Shown one piece after another: positions 24,701 to 38,025 of a stretch of DNA of 64,000 nt. Source of the stretch: the human T2T-CHM13v2.0 reference genome, Homo sapiens; NCBI RefSeq assembly GCF_009914755.1, contig NC_060944.1, one strand, 5' to 3'. The first letter of the stretch is position 1. Every line of letters begins with the position of its first letter. The notes beneath the pieces are model-generated. The model had not been told where the DNA came from. It saw only the letters and a list, made by a program, of their open reading frames with translations, and made no database searches. The position numbers were made by a program, and so were the translations under genes.

Positions 24701-27700
24701 CCACTGTCCACACAGTGCTTTGCAAGTATTAGAAAATGGCTCCCCTTTCTCCAGTTAGATGCAGCCTTGTATCGGTGCATGTGGCTTGGAGAAGAGCATG
24801 CAGGCTGGATTTCAACCCCCCTTTCTCCCTTAGCTGGGTTTCTTCCTTGAGTGAACAACATACTTGTTAGTAGCTGTCCTGTGCTTATTCCTGAAACTGG
24901 GGGTGAAATCAGCCCCCACGTGAAAACTGAAGGACAGAAGGTGGCTTCATCTAGGGTATCAGATAATGGCTAATAACAAAGGGAGGGGACAGTGGGTGCT
25001 GTGTGAGCAAAAGGAGCAAAAAATAATACTAACCTGTCTAGACTTCATCTCAGAAGCCATATACAACCTTCTTCAATGGAAATATTTAACACTTCAGGAG
25101 TGCCAAGAAGGCCATAAGGAGCATATCTCTTAAGAACATAAGTTAGGACATTCTAGAATGTATGCTTTATGGATTTACCTTGTAAATATATAACATTGAC
25201 TAATACACAAAGAAAATATATTGTAGAGTAACATAGATGACAGAAGTTGAAATACATGACATTCTACCGCAGTCTATCATTATTTTCTAACTTATCAAAA
25301 TACTCAGAGGATCTTTTTTTTTCATATTGATAAATTTCTAACCAGAGCTCTATTTACTCATGTCTTGAACAACAGAGTATTTGCATATATGTCTGAAGAG
25401 GGAAGAGAAAGAAAATGATTCCAAAAAAGCTGATAACATTAATATAGCTTTCTATAGAAGATGTAAATTTGCAACCATAAATTAAAAACTTATAGGAGAT
25501 GTACAAAATGTGAAGAAAAATAAATGAAACCAAACCTCTACAAGAAATAACCAAACTAAGAAGACAGCAAGAGAGGAAAAAAAAGAACTGCAAAACATAT
25601 GAAAAACAATTAACAAAATGCAAGTTACTCCTTACTTATCAACAATGACTTTAAATGTGAAAGGATTAAACTATCTAATTAAAAGACATAGAGTGGCACA
25701 ATGCATAAAAGATACTCATCAGTACATATTTATAAGGGAGTCACTTTAGATATAAAGATACATAGAGGCTCAAAGTGAATGGATGGGAAAAGATACTCTA
25801 TGCAAATGGTAACCAAAAAAGAGCAAGGGTATCTATACTTAGATCAGAAAAAATAGACTTGAAATAAAAAACTGTCATTAGAGACTAAGAAGGTCATTAT
25901 ACAATGATAAACGTTCACTTCAATGGGAAGATTGTAAATATATATCCACTCAACATTAGAACGCCTAAATATATGAAGTTAATATCAGCAAAGCAAAGGG
26001 GAGAAATCAGTAACACTAAAATAATAGTAGCCAACTTCAGTACCCCAAATTCAATAATGGATAGAATATCTAGGCAGGAATAAAAAAAGAGGAAACAGCT
26101 GACTTGAACAACACAGTAGATTAAACACTGACATATACAGAACTTTCCATCCAACAGCAGCAGAATATACATTCTTCTCAAGTGAACACAGAATATTCTC
26201 TGAGATAGATCAAGTCTTAGGTCACAAGGCATCCTACAAGTTTAAGAAGTTTAATATAATGCCAAGTATCTTCTCAGACCACAATGGAATAAAATTAGAA
26301 GTCAATAACAAAGAAAACAGAAACATTTACAAAAATGCAGAAACTAAACAACACACTCTTGAACCACCATTGGGTAAAAGAAGAAATCAAAAGGGAATTT
26401 TAAAAATATCTTGAGACAAACAAAAATGAACATACAACTCAACAAAACTACAGGATGCAGCAAAAGAAGTGCTGAGGGGGAAATGTTACAATGATAAATA
26501 CCTACATTAAAAAATAAGAAAGATCTCACTCGAACAACCTAACTTCATAAATAAACAATTAGGAAAAGAAAAACTAACTAAACCCAAAGTTAGCATAATG
26601 AAGTAAATAATAAAGATTAGAATATAAATAAAATAACTATAAAATAAAAAACAATAGAAAAATCAACAAAGCTAGAGTTGAATTTTTGGAAATACAAACA
26701 AAAATAACAAACCCTTAGCTACACAAAGAAAAAAAGAGAAACTCAAGTAAATATAATCAGAAATGAAAATGGAGACATTATAACAAACGTACAGGAATAC
26801 AAATGATTATAAAGGATAATTAAGCAATTATATGCCAATAAATTGGATAACCTAGAAGAAATGGATAAATTCTTAGAAAGATGCAATCTACCAAGGTGGA
26901 ACAAAAAAGAAATAGAGCAGACCAAAAGCAAGCAAAGAGATTTAACCAGTAATCAAAAATTTCCCAACAAAGAAAAGCCCAGGTGCAGATGCTTTCATGG
27001 GCAACTTCTACCAAATATTCAAAGAAGAACTAACACCAAAATTTCTAAAACTTTTCAGAAAAAATAGAAGAGAGAATACTCTCAAACTCATTTCATGAGG
27101 CCGATGTTACCATGACTTAAAAGCTAGACGAAGACAACACAAGGAAAAATAATTACAGACCAGTATCCTTAATGAATATAGATGCAAATATTCTCAAAAA
27201 ATACAAACTAGCAAACTGAATTCAAAAGCATATTGAAAAGGTCATACACCATGACCAATTGGAATTTATCTATGGGATACAAGGATGTTTCAATGTGTAA
27301 AAATTAATAATGTGGTATACCCCATTAACAGAACGAAAGCCAAAATAACATTCCAATAGATGCAGAAAACACATTTGACAAAATTCAATATACTTTCATG
27401 ATAAAACTCAGCAAAATAAGTATACAAGAAACTTACTTCAACACTATAAAGGCTGTATATGAAAAACCTATATCTAATATTATAATCAATGGGGAAAAAC
27501 TGAGAGCTTTTTATTTAATATCTGGAACAAGACAAGGATGTCTATTCTCATCACTCCTATTCAACATAGTACTGGAAGTCCTAGCCAGAGCAATCAGGCA
27601 AGAGAAATAAAAGGCATCAAAATTGAAAGGAAAGATGTAGTTACCTCTGTTAACAGAAGACCTGATTATTATACATTGAAAACTCTAAAGACTCCACAGA

Positions 27701-27718
27701 AAATGGTTAGAAATAATA

Positions 27719-27942
27719 CAGTCAGTCTTTCATATCTGCTGGGGATTTGTTTCAGGAACTCCTCAGATAACAATATCTGTGATGATCAATTCCCTCACAT
27801 AAAATCGTGTACAGTTGGCCCTATGTATCCATGGGTCAACATCTTTGGATTCAAACCACCACAGATGGAAAATATGTACAAGTTAGGTTCATGGTCGATT
27901 GAGTTCATGGTTGCAGAACCCATTGATATAAAGGACTGACTA
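27719..27942. mobile_element. MER2-type Tigger MITE inside L1
   Basis: TIRs cagtcagtctttcatatc / gatataaaggactgacta with TA flanks; L1 resumes on both sides. Confidence 0.85.
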
Positions 27943-29234
27943 TATAATAAATTTACTAAAGTTGTAGGATACACAATTGGCATACAAAAATCACTGCTAT
28001 TTCTAGACACTAACAATGAATTGTCTGAAAGGGAAATTTAAAAAACAGTATCAAATAAACTACTTTGGAACTAACTAACCAAAGAAATGAAAGACTTAAA
28101 CACTACAAATTATAAAAGATTGATGACAGAAATTTAAACCAAAGTAAATTGAAAGACAACCCATGGATTGAAAGAGTTAGTACTGTATTATTAAAGTGTC
28201 CATATTACTCAAAGCAATCTACACATTTAATGTAATCCGTATCAAAATCCCAATGGTATCTCTCACAGAAATAGAAAAAAAATACCAAAATTCATATAGA
28301 ATCACAAAAATCCCTGAGTGGCTGAAGCTATTTTGAGCAAGAACAAAGCTACAGGTATCACACTTCCTGACTTCAAATTAAATTACAAAGCTGTAGAAAG
28401 AAAAACACTGTGGTATTGGCATAAAAACAAACACATGAACCAGTGAAACAAAATAGAGAACCTAGGCATAACCCACACATTTGCAGCAGTTGATCACCCT
28501 GGAAGGTGACAAGGAGACACTATAGGCCGAGGATATGCTCTTGACCAAATGGTGTTAGGAAAGCTGGATGTCTACATGTAAAAGAATGAAATCGGATCCC
28601 TAGCTCATGACTTATGTAAAAATTAACTCAAAATGGATTAAACGTTTAAATGTAATCACTGAAACAAAACTCCTGGAAGAAGACAGGAGAAAACCTTCTT
28701 GACATTGGTCTTGGCAATAATTTGTTTAGATATGATGCCAAAAGCACAGGCAACAAAGGCAAAATAGATAAATGAAATACATCGAACTAAAATGCTTCTG
28801 CACAGCAAAGGAAACAACTAATGAAATGATAAGGCCACCTATGAAATGGGGAAAATGTTTGTAAACCATATCTCTTATAAGGAGTTCAAAAAATAAGAAG
28901 GACACATACACATCAATTCCAAAATCATAAATAAACTAATTTTATTTTAAGGCAAAGAACGTACATAAATACATCTCCAAAGAAGAAATTCAAATGGCTA
29001 ACAGGTATAAGAAAATGTGCTCAACATCTCTAAACTTCAGAGTAATGCAAATCAAAACCACAATGAGATATCATGTCACACCTGTTAAAATGGCTATTAT
29101 CAAAAAGAGAAAAGATAAGTGTTGGTAAGAATGTGGAGAAAAGGAAACCATTATACACTATTGATGGGAATACAAATTAGTAAAACACAGAAAACAGTAT
29201 TGAGGTTCCTCCAAAAAAAATTGAAAATAGCACT

Positions 29235-29517
29235 GGCCTGGTTTGATGGCTCACACCTGTAATCCCAGGATTTTGGGAAGCCAAGGCAGGAGGCCAGGAG
29301 CTCCAGACCAGCCTGGGAAACATAGCAAGACCCCATCTCAGAAATAAAATTAAAATTAACCAGACATGGTGTTGTACACCTGTAGCCCCAGCTACTCAGG
29401 AGGCTGAGGTAGGAGGATCGCTTGAGCCCAGGAGTTCAAGGCTGCAGTGAGCTATGATCTTGCCACTGGAATTTACCCTGGATAGCAGAGTGAGACCCGG
29501 TTTCAAAAATGAAAAAA
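29235..29517 (+). mobile_element. AluJ inside L1
   Basis: ggaggatcgcttgagcccaggagttcaaggctgcagtgagctatgat; degenerate TSD aaaatagcact / aaaaaagaact. Confidence 0.88.
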
Positions 29518-30369
29518 AGAACTACCACATAATCCAACAATTTCACTTCTGGATATATGTCCAGTGAAATTGACATAAGAGTCTTAGAGAGGTGTCTGTC
29601 ATCCTCTGTTCATTGCGGCATGACACACAATGACCAAAATAGGAAAATAACCAAAAGGTCCTTTGGCAGAGGAACAGATGAATGGGTAAAGAAAATGTGA
29701 CGTGTATACATAAAATGAAATATTATACAACCTTAAAAAAGAAAGAAATACTTGTATTTGTGAAAACATTGATGGAGCTGGAAGATATTGCGCCAAGCAA
29801 AAATGCAAGAGACAGAGACAAATACTTCATGATCTCACTTACATGTGGAATCTACAACAGTCAAATTCATGAAAACAGAGAATAGGACAGAGGTTGCCAG
29901 GGGCTCAGGGAGGGGAAATGGGGTGATGTTAATTAAATTGTGCAATGTTCAAGTTATAATTTCTGGAGATATAATGTACAACGTGGAACAACACTGTATC
30001 ATATTCTTGTGTTCTGCTAAAGGACTAGATCATAAATTAATTACTGTCAACACACACACAATGGTAAATATATAGAGATAATATGCTAATTTGCTTGATT
30101 GTGGTGATCGTTTCAAAAAGTATAGAAATATCAAAACATTAAGTTACCTTAAATTTACACAATTTGTATATGTCATGTTATCATGATAAAGCTGTGAAGA
30201 AAGATTTAGTAAATCATGTCTAAAACCTGGGAACTTTCTCATGACAGGGAGGGCTGGAGTAGGAAAATGGAATTTTGCAACAAGGATAGGGTGAGGGACA
30301 TGGGGAAATTATTGATCAAGTATTTAAGAAATGACCTGGGTGGAAGCTACAACAAAGGGTATGAGATTT

Positions 30370-30850
30370 AGCGCATCAGTCCTCAAATTTTTGGTTTCAG
30401 GAACACTTTACATTTATAAAAGTTATTGAGGACCCCAAAGAGCTTTTATTTATTTGGATTATGTCTATCTATATTTATCATAGTAAACATTAAAAGTGAG
30501 AAATTAAAAAAATATATTTATATGTTTACATAAATCACATTTTTATTTAAAATTATCATTTTTAAGCAGTAAAGTTTGTGAGAACAGTGACATTGTTTTA
30601 TATTTTTAGGTATGTCTTTAATGTCTGGTTTAATAGAAGAAAACTTGTTCTCCTTTCTACTTCTACGTTTAATTTCTTTTGACATCACATGTCAGGTAGC
30701 CTCTGGGAAACTCCAATTATACTTGAGAGACAAGGAAAGTGGAAAAGGTAAACAAAACCTGTGTATTTTTATGAAAAGACTTTTGACCTTGCAGAGCCCC
30801 TGGAAGGGACTCAGGGACTTCTCAGGGTTCTCTGGCTCATGTGTTCACAG
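30370..30850. mobile_element. hAT-Charlie family non-autonomous element
   Basis: ctcaaatttttggtttcaggaacactttaca...ttattgaggaccccaaagagctttt...cccctggaagggactcaggga. Confidence 0.6.
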
Positions 30851-31244
30851 AGTAGAGGGTAAGTCCGCAAGAGAAAGCAGTGATTGGGTGTGGGAGGTCT
30901 TGCTGAGAGGTGGTAGAGAAGAGGTTGGATGTGGAGAAAGTATGGTCCTTGTTTTCATTTATTTTCCCTTTCCTTTGGCCTCTTGTTGCTGGGATTTCCT
31001 CTTTAGATGATCGTATCATAAATTAGAAATAGCATTAATGAACATTCTTGATACTGCCTAATGAATGTTTTTGTTTTGTCTTTCTGAGTCTTGATACATT
31101 TCAAGAAGTCTTCTATCTCATTTATTGTTCCCACCCAAATTTGGAATTTAAGAAGAGTCCATATAGCTATATTTAGATCATTTATCTCTCTGAAGACATT
31201 TTGGGATCATTTATAAATCTCTATAAACAATGCTCTGATGTCTC

Positions 31245-31550
31245 TTTATTTTGTTTAGAGACTGGGTCTTGCCGTGTTGTCTGGAGTGGAGTGGCTAGGC
31301 CGTAGCTCACAATACACAATACAATCAAACTCCTGGGCTCAATGTTATCTTTCCACTCAGCCTCCACAGTAGCTAGGTCTGCAGGTATGTGCCAGCACGC
31401 CTAGCTTTTGATTACTATTATTATTTTTGTAGAAATGAGGGTTTCATTATGCTGCCCAGGCTGGTCTTCCAACTCCTGGCCTCAAGCAATCCTCCTGCCT
31501 TCCGCCGTCTGGGGAGCTGAGATTACATGTGTAAGCCACCATGCTGGTCC
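31245..31550 (-). mobile_element. Old Alu (AluJ-like, diverged right arm)
   Basis: Two Alu monomers with a T-rich linker. Confidence 0.75.
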
Positions 31551-31612
31551 TGATGTCATTTAAATACAAACATGATACTATATTCCTTGTAGAAAGTGCC
31601 ACATAAATATAA

Positions 31613-31902
31613 TTTTTTTTGAAATAGGGTCTTGCTGTGTCACCCAGGCTGGAATGCAGTGGTATGATCACAGTCACTGCAGCCTTGACCTCCTGGGCTT
31701 AAGCGATCCTCCCACCTCAGCCTTCCAAGTAGCTGGGACCTGAGGTATGAGCCACCAAGCCCAGCAAATTTTTCAATTTTTGGTAAAGATCGGCATGTCA
31801 CTGTGTTGCCCAGGCTGGTCTTGAACTCTTGGGCTCAAGTTACCCTCCGCCCAAGTCTCCCAAGGTGCTGGGATTACAGGCCTGAACCACTGCACCGGGT
31901 CC
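31613..31902 (-). mobile_element. AluJb
   Basis: gatcacagtcactgcagccttgacctcctgggcttaagcgatcctcccacctcagcc. Confidence 0.88.
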
Positions 31903-33271
31903 TAAAAATTCATTCACTGTTTGTCCACAAGGTGCTGCTGTTTCCTTTCTAATAACATGAGACAGCTCACTCAAGAACATCAAGAACATGACATTCTTTA
32001 AAAAAAGTCACAGTAGTTCCTTTTCCATAACTATTAAGTTTTCAAGGTGTTATCAGGTTTATTTCATAGAAAGAATGTGTAAAATTTTTCATGTAGAGAC
32101 ATAATCTTTTAGCAATGAGTTAGTTAAAAAATTTGGTATTGTCAGAATGAAGATTTCCTTTTCCCTATAATTTTATTTATTATAATTATATTTTTAATGA
32201 TATCAATATATCAATTGCTTTATAAAAACTCCTTACATTATATACCCAATGTCTGTGAAATCGTCTGCTTTGAAGCAGAGTGAAATAATCAATCAGCATA
32301 CTGGGTCTAACACAGTTCCTTCAATTTTAAGAAAGCTATTTACACTCCGATTTGCAAGTTGGACTTTACAAAAATTAAAGCATTTATAAAATATACTAAC
32401 CATGATTGTTTTAAAAAGTAATGTTTTTTTATGGTAAGGAAATAAGTTGAAGCTCTGTGTTGGAAAGTGCAGAAAACAAATCAGCATTCTTTATAAATAG
32501 ATTTTGCTGCTGGTTTAGAAATTACCTAATGTGCTTTATAGATGATGGAAAAAGAAATCAGCTGCAGTTAGCAGTGTGCATACATCGTATTTGCTGTGCC
32601 ACTTTCAGAAAGTTATGGAATATTGGCAGGTCAGGATTCTCAAAACGATAAGTTCTAAGAAGAGGCTAAATGAAAAAGAATTTTAAAAGCAAACCTAGTT
32701 GTTTAATATAAACATGGGCGAGTTATGGGGAAATCCTGGACTGGGAGGTAGCAGATCTCTGTTCTGACTTTTACTAAGTCATTGGCTGCTACAGCAGGCC
32801 AAGCAGACATAACTGCCAAGGCTGCCTGGGAGTTGGGTTGATTGGCAATTGGCACAGGGAGAGAGGACAACTGCCAGAGTAATGGCCAAATATTCAGGGT
32901 TTCATGTTCAGTGAAGCAGGACGTGCATTTGTACCCCAAGGGCAAAACTGACGCTAGAATCTGGGCCTCCTGGTTGAATCTGAGTCCACAGTCTGATGAT
33001 TAGGATGAAGTAGTCTCAGAAATTCAAGCCAGCCAGAACCCATGAGGTGTGCTCTGCAGACATTGGCTGGCGAGCTGCATTAAGATGTTTCATTCCATTG
33101 AGCAAACATTCCTTGATTGGTTAGTTTAGCATCCCACAAGAACAGAGACAAATTCTTCAGAATTTGTCCATGAAGCTATAGTCCCAGAGCTTATATTTCA
33201 AGGGAGGAAACAGCATCTCAGGATGGTAGGTGATTACAGCTAAACCGAATTCTGAAAATAAAAGGAACCCT

Positions 33272-33622
33272 ATGTCTTTGTCTGCTCAGGCTGCTGCCAC
33301 AAACAACTGTAGACTGAGTGGCTTAAACAGCATATACTTGTTTCTCACAGTTGTGGGAATTCAAAGATTAAAATCTGGGCCAGCAGAGCCAGTGTCTGGT
33401 GAAGGCCCTCTTACTGGTTTGCAGGTGTTCTTGTTGTATCTTCACATGGCTGAGAGAAGAGGGCTCTAGTCTCCTACTCTTCTTATTAGGATGCTAACCC
33501 CATTGTGGGAACTCCATCCTCATCAAAACCAAATTACTTCCCAAAGGTCCTCCTTCTAATGCCATTCTATTGTTAGAGTTTCAACTTGTGCATTTGTTGA
33601 AGGAAACATGCAGTGCACAGCA
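33272..33622 (-). mobile_element. MLT1A0-like LTR
   Basis: tgtctttgtctgctcaggctgctg...gactgagtggcttaaaca...gtgtctggtgaaggccctct. Confidence 0.82.
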
Positions 33623-33939
33623 TCTAATCTAATCAAATCAGTTGTCCCTTGAATAAAATTATAGCTCCTATAACAAGACTTAAAATTATGACTTTTTTGT
33701 TGCCAAAACTGTCTATCTGGATTTGCTAGAAATCAAACATACTTGAATATTTCCTCTAAAGATTTTCTCATTCCTACCCTATTGTGTATATTTACAGAAT
33801 TCTTAAATAATTACATATACAAGGCTTCTATTAGCTCTGACGAGAGCGTCTATTAACTTTGACTATTGCAAGCAGCTTTATAGCACTGTAGGTAAAAGCA
33901 TGTGCTTTGAAATCATACAATAAATTTATTAAATGCTAA

Positions 33940-34140
33940 GGACTTTATATTCACTGTTTAATTTTATCATCTTAATAACCTTCATTATTACCTCCATTAA
34001 ACCCTATTTGTTGGCTACTTACATTATTCTGATTTTGCAAATCTAAATTTGAGAGGCTTTCCCAATGTCACATAAGTTAATAAGTGGCATAGCTGGGGTT
34101 TGAATTAAAGTCTACCGGATTCCAAGATCTACTTACCATT
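33940..34140 (-). mobile_element. MIR
   Basis: cccaatgtcaca...taagtggcatagctggggtttgaa. Confidence 0.6.
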
Positions 34141-36162
34141 GTTCTACAATATATACTTTTTAGGTACCTGAGAATGCTAACAACCTTTCTTTTGAAATCT
34201 GCCTTCTTTCTGGATAGCAGCTTTATTAATATATGATTAGGGCACCATATTTCAGGCAACAAATTCTTTGAAATCTTTCATTTCCATAGTGAGATAAGGA
34301 TCAGTTATGTGGCATTGTCAGCCAGAAAACATCACTTAGAGACTATCTTGTACAATAAGTAGAAGACATAGCTGGCGGCCTGCGGAGGACAGAAAGCTCA
34401 CAGCTTCTGTCCATACCCCTTTCACTTCCTCCTCAAGGAGATGGACCTCTGTGGTTGGTCAAGCTTAAGGATCTTTTATGGGCCACAGCTAATGGTGAAA
34501 TCTTCCTAACTCTAGGTGAAGATTAATGGGCAAGTTGGAGAGTTAAGGTAGCTTGTGGCTGCTCCTTTTAGAAGGAAGTCTGATCATTGCTCTCTTATTT
34601 GTGGAACCCCTCTGTTCCCCCAAATGCTTGGTAAGACATGCTTGAAGACCAATCCTGTGTCAGTAGACTTCATATCTACTCTCTTCTACCAATCACACAA
34701 CTACAGACAAATAAGAAAAATAAAACAAAGCTCAGACACACTCCCCTGGCCCGGAGGCCACTCTCCGGCTGGCTGCTTTTCTCTACCCTGGCGCCTCCTG
34801 GGCGTTTGGCTCTTTCTTAGATCAAAGAGAGACATGGGTTTGGGATTAAAGAGAAGTAGGTGAAAGGGGTCTCTGGCCTGTTTTGGCATTACACCAAGTA
34901 AATAACAGAGTTCTGGCTTAAGCTCAGCTCTGTAGAGCTTTCTCTGTGTTTGGGGAAAATCTCCGATAGTAATGAAGTGATATTTTACTGTGCTTCGTTT
35001 TCTGTACATATATCTCTTTCTTAGGTATGTTGTGAGGAGATTCGTTCCCTGGACAAATACCATCTTAATCACCTTCATTACCAACTTTATTTTATTTGCA
35101 GTGTTAAAATTTAAATAGACATTCAGGAAACAAGTCTGGTGAGAGAATTATGTTATGAGGTTAATCTTTCAGCATCTGCCTTAGGGACATTGATTATTTC
35201 CCCCCTTGTTTTTCACCAAGCTCCAGGCTTGCAAAAGAATTGTGATGTGGTCTGAGGCAAACTTACTGATTGGCTAGTGGTAAGTTAAACCATAACCTGT
35301 AGGACCGCTGGGAACCACTACTTGTCATCGGCCAGAAATCCACTGTTTGGAGATGTGCACTGGGAAGGCTATTCATACTTATTGATACATGTTTTGTTCT
35401 TGGAACTATGTTAAGTACTGGACACATGCAACAATTTGGAATATCGTTACATTCAACCCTCACAATAGTCTGATGTATATGTTATTAGTCCCGTATTAGA
35501 GATGAGTAAACAAGATTAGAGGAAGGGAAGCACACAGCTGGAACCACATAGGTGGCACTGGGATTGGAATAAGTTCCGTCTCACCCTGGACCACCATTTC
35601 CATGCTGTGTCTCCACTAGAGGATCCTTTCTTTGGTTATTCTAAGTCATTAGTCATCAATAATTTACCTCCAAACTGTAGGTTTCACAGGAGGAGATGCC
35701 ACTTGAAGCTTCATGGCTTAAAATGGAGATGGAATGTGGAACATGGTGGGAAGCACCGGGAGGGGTTTATTGATAAATTTCAAGTACTTTGTGGGGCTCT
35801 GAAAGACTGTCTCCAAATTATTTGTCCTACTACCTCTTTCATATTAGTTCAAATGTCATATGGGTATATCTTTTGGGTTAAATTAAGGAAAATCTCCATG
35901 AAAAGTAAAAAACAACAAAAAAACCCCAAAAGACTAGAAAGAGATACTATGAAAAATCCACTCAGATTTCTCAGAGTTTTATTAACTCAAAGAAGCCTTG
36001 GTCCAGTTGGAAGAAGACAGAATTAATTGTGACAACCTCTAGCAAACCCTTTAGCGTTCAATGCACTCTAGACCATGAGTATAAAAAAGTTCACTTAATA
36101 GGTTCACCAAATTAGTTAGTTTGTGTAGTTCAAAGGGAAACAGACACACAGGACTGTGAGGT

Positions 36163-36403
36163 TTTGACAGGGGTGAAAGGCAAGTCTGGGTCCAGTGAGC
36201 CCAGGCAGGCCATGAAGGGGCAGGGCAGGAGAAGGACGGTGCTGGGAGGCTAGGGAACTGTCCACTTCTGTGCTGGCTGAAGATCACAAAAATCAACACA
36301 GCTTTCTACAAATGCTGCCCGTGCCTGATGGAATTAAACAGAGCTCTGAGAAAGACAGCACCGGGGCCGAGGATGCGCCCTGAGCTGCCTACAGTCATCA
36401 ATA
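36163..36403 (+). repeat. 241-bp direct repeat, copy 1
   Basis: Identical to 37081-37321 except 4 substitutions. Confidence 0.97.
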
Positions 36404-37080
36404 TCTTGGCCAGTGGCTATGCATTCAGGGGCAATTTGGCTAGCTTTCTTCATCCACACCAGAAAACTCGCTTTTGAATTGGTTTGGAAAGCTCCAAAAA
36501 GGACGTGCTTCATGCTGTTGGTATTGCTGTCAAAAAGAAAAGATTCTGCTTTTCATCAGCTGTTGATTTTTGCTCTCTGTATTTCTCTAGCATGTGTTGC
36601 TGGTGGCCCTGGTTATGCTAAGAAGTAGATAGTGTAGCTGCAGCAGCAGAACAGAAAAGACTCTCCTGGATTCTCAGTTCCAGGCTGGCCTGGGAACAGG
36701 CTTAGGGATGTTTCAATGCTTGAATGCAGGTGAGCTGGAGATCTGTGGCAATTCTTTTGATATGAGGCTGGACATTCTTTATAGCTTCCCCAGACACAGG
36801 AATTGGCAGAGCTTGAAAAAGAATTACTGGCAGGAGGTTCATTTTCTTTATTGCTACCTCCCCAGCCATAAAACTAAAAGCTTTTTACCTAAATCACGTT
36901 AGCCATCTCATGGGAGTAGGAGATCATTTCCTTCAGAGTCTTTCCCGATTGGAGTCTAGTCCTAGGATGGTTTGAACAGTCCGTTTGAATTTGAAGAGCT
37001 TTCTAATTGACGCTTCTCATCCCCTCTCCAACCAGTCTTATTTGGTGTCGTCTGCCTTTCCCTACCAAAGGCACCCCTTA

Positions 37081-37321
37081 TTTGACAGGGGTGAAAGGCA
37101 AGTCTGGGTCCAGTGAGCCCAGGCAGGCCATGAAGGGGCAGGGCAGGAGAAGGACCGTGCTGGGAGGCTAGGGAACTGGCCACTTCTGTGCTGGCTGAAG
37201 ATCACAAAAATCAACACAGCTTTCTCCAAATGCTGCCCGTGCCTGATGGAATTAAACAGAGCTCTGGGAAAGACAGCACCGGGGCCGAGGATGCGCCCTG
37301 AGCTGCCTACAGTCATCAATA
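37081..37321 (+). repeat. 241-bp direct repeat, copy 2
   Basis: Identical to 36163-36403 except 4 substitutions. Confidence 0.97.
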
Positions 37322-37444
37322 CCATATGATTCAGTAATCCCACTCACATCTATAAATCTCTATATCTGTATCTTTATCTACCTATATCTATCTTCAAAAG
37401 AATGGAAAGCAGTTACTCCAATAGATACTTGTGCACCTGTGTTC

Positions 37445-38025
37445 TCTCCCCACCCCACCCCCCCTTTTTTTTTAAATAAATAGGGTCTCATTCTGTTTCC
37501 CAGCCTGGAGTGCAGGGGCTGTTTATAGGCATGATCCCCCTGCTGGGGAGCTGTCCACAGGCACGATCCCCTGCTGCGGGGCCATCCACAGGCACAACCT
37601 CCCTGCTGTGGGGCTGTCCACAGGCACGAACCCCTGCTGAGGGGCTGTCCACAGACATGACACCCTGCTGCGGGGCTGTTTACAGGCACGATCCCCATGC
37701 TGCAGGGCTGTCCAAGGGCACGATCTCCCTGTTGCGGGGCTGTCCACGGGCAGGATCTCCCTGCTGCGTCGCTGTCCACAGGCATGACCCCCTGCTGGTC
37801 AAACTGGGAGTTGTTCCCTGCTTTGTCTCCAACCCAGGCCGGTTCGCCCCTCCTTAGGCAACCTGGTAGTCCCTTATCCCAGGAGGTCACTGTACTAATG
37901 TCTAATTTCGTGCAGACATCTGATCAACACAGCACACTGCAGCCCAGGACTCCTGAGCTCAAGCAATCTTCCTGCCTCAGAAGCCTTAGTAGCAGGAACT
38001 ACAGGCACATGCCACCACACCTGCC
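37445..38025 (-). pseudogene. 7SL (SRP RNA) processed pseudogene with internal minisatellite
   Basis: S-domain sequence absent from Alus (RC of ggccggttcgcccctccttaggcaacctggt...ggaggtcac), 5' end at 38025, T-run tail at 37465-37472, TSD cacctgtgttc at 37434-37444 and 38031-38041. Confidence 0.93.
37511..37795. repeat. 31-33-bp minisatellite, 9 units, derived from 7SL
   Basis: Consensus TGCGGGGCTGTCCACAGGCACGATCCCCTGC versus 7SL RC TGCAGTGGCTATTCACAGGCGCGATCCCACTAC. Confidence 0.95.

Larger units (their letters stand above)
25450..30200 (+). mobile_element. Decayed L1MA9/10-like LINE (ORF2 through 3'UTR)
   Basis: EN start (actttaaatgtgaaaggattaaac), RT remnants ([11 protein letters not shown]; [28 protein letters not shown]) and 3'UTR ending ataaagctg; multiple stops and frameshifts. 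Confidence 0.9.

Noticed and set aside
36163-37321. 241-bp repeats as LTRs of a small retroelement
   Set aside because: No TG...CA termini, PBS, PPT or TSD visible; kept as a duplication scar.
37378-37890. 170-aa repetitive ORF (and overlapping 115/153-aa ORFs) as a novel protein
   Set aside because: These are by-products of the GC-rich 7SL-derived minisatellite; unit lengths of 31-33 shift the frame and there is no gene structure.
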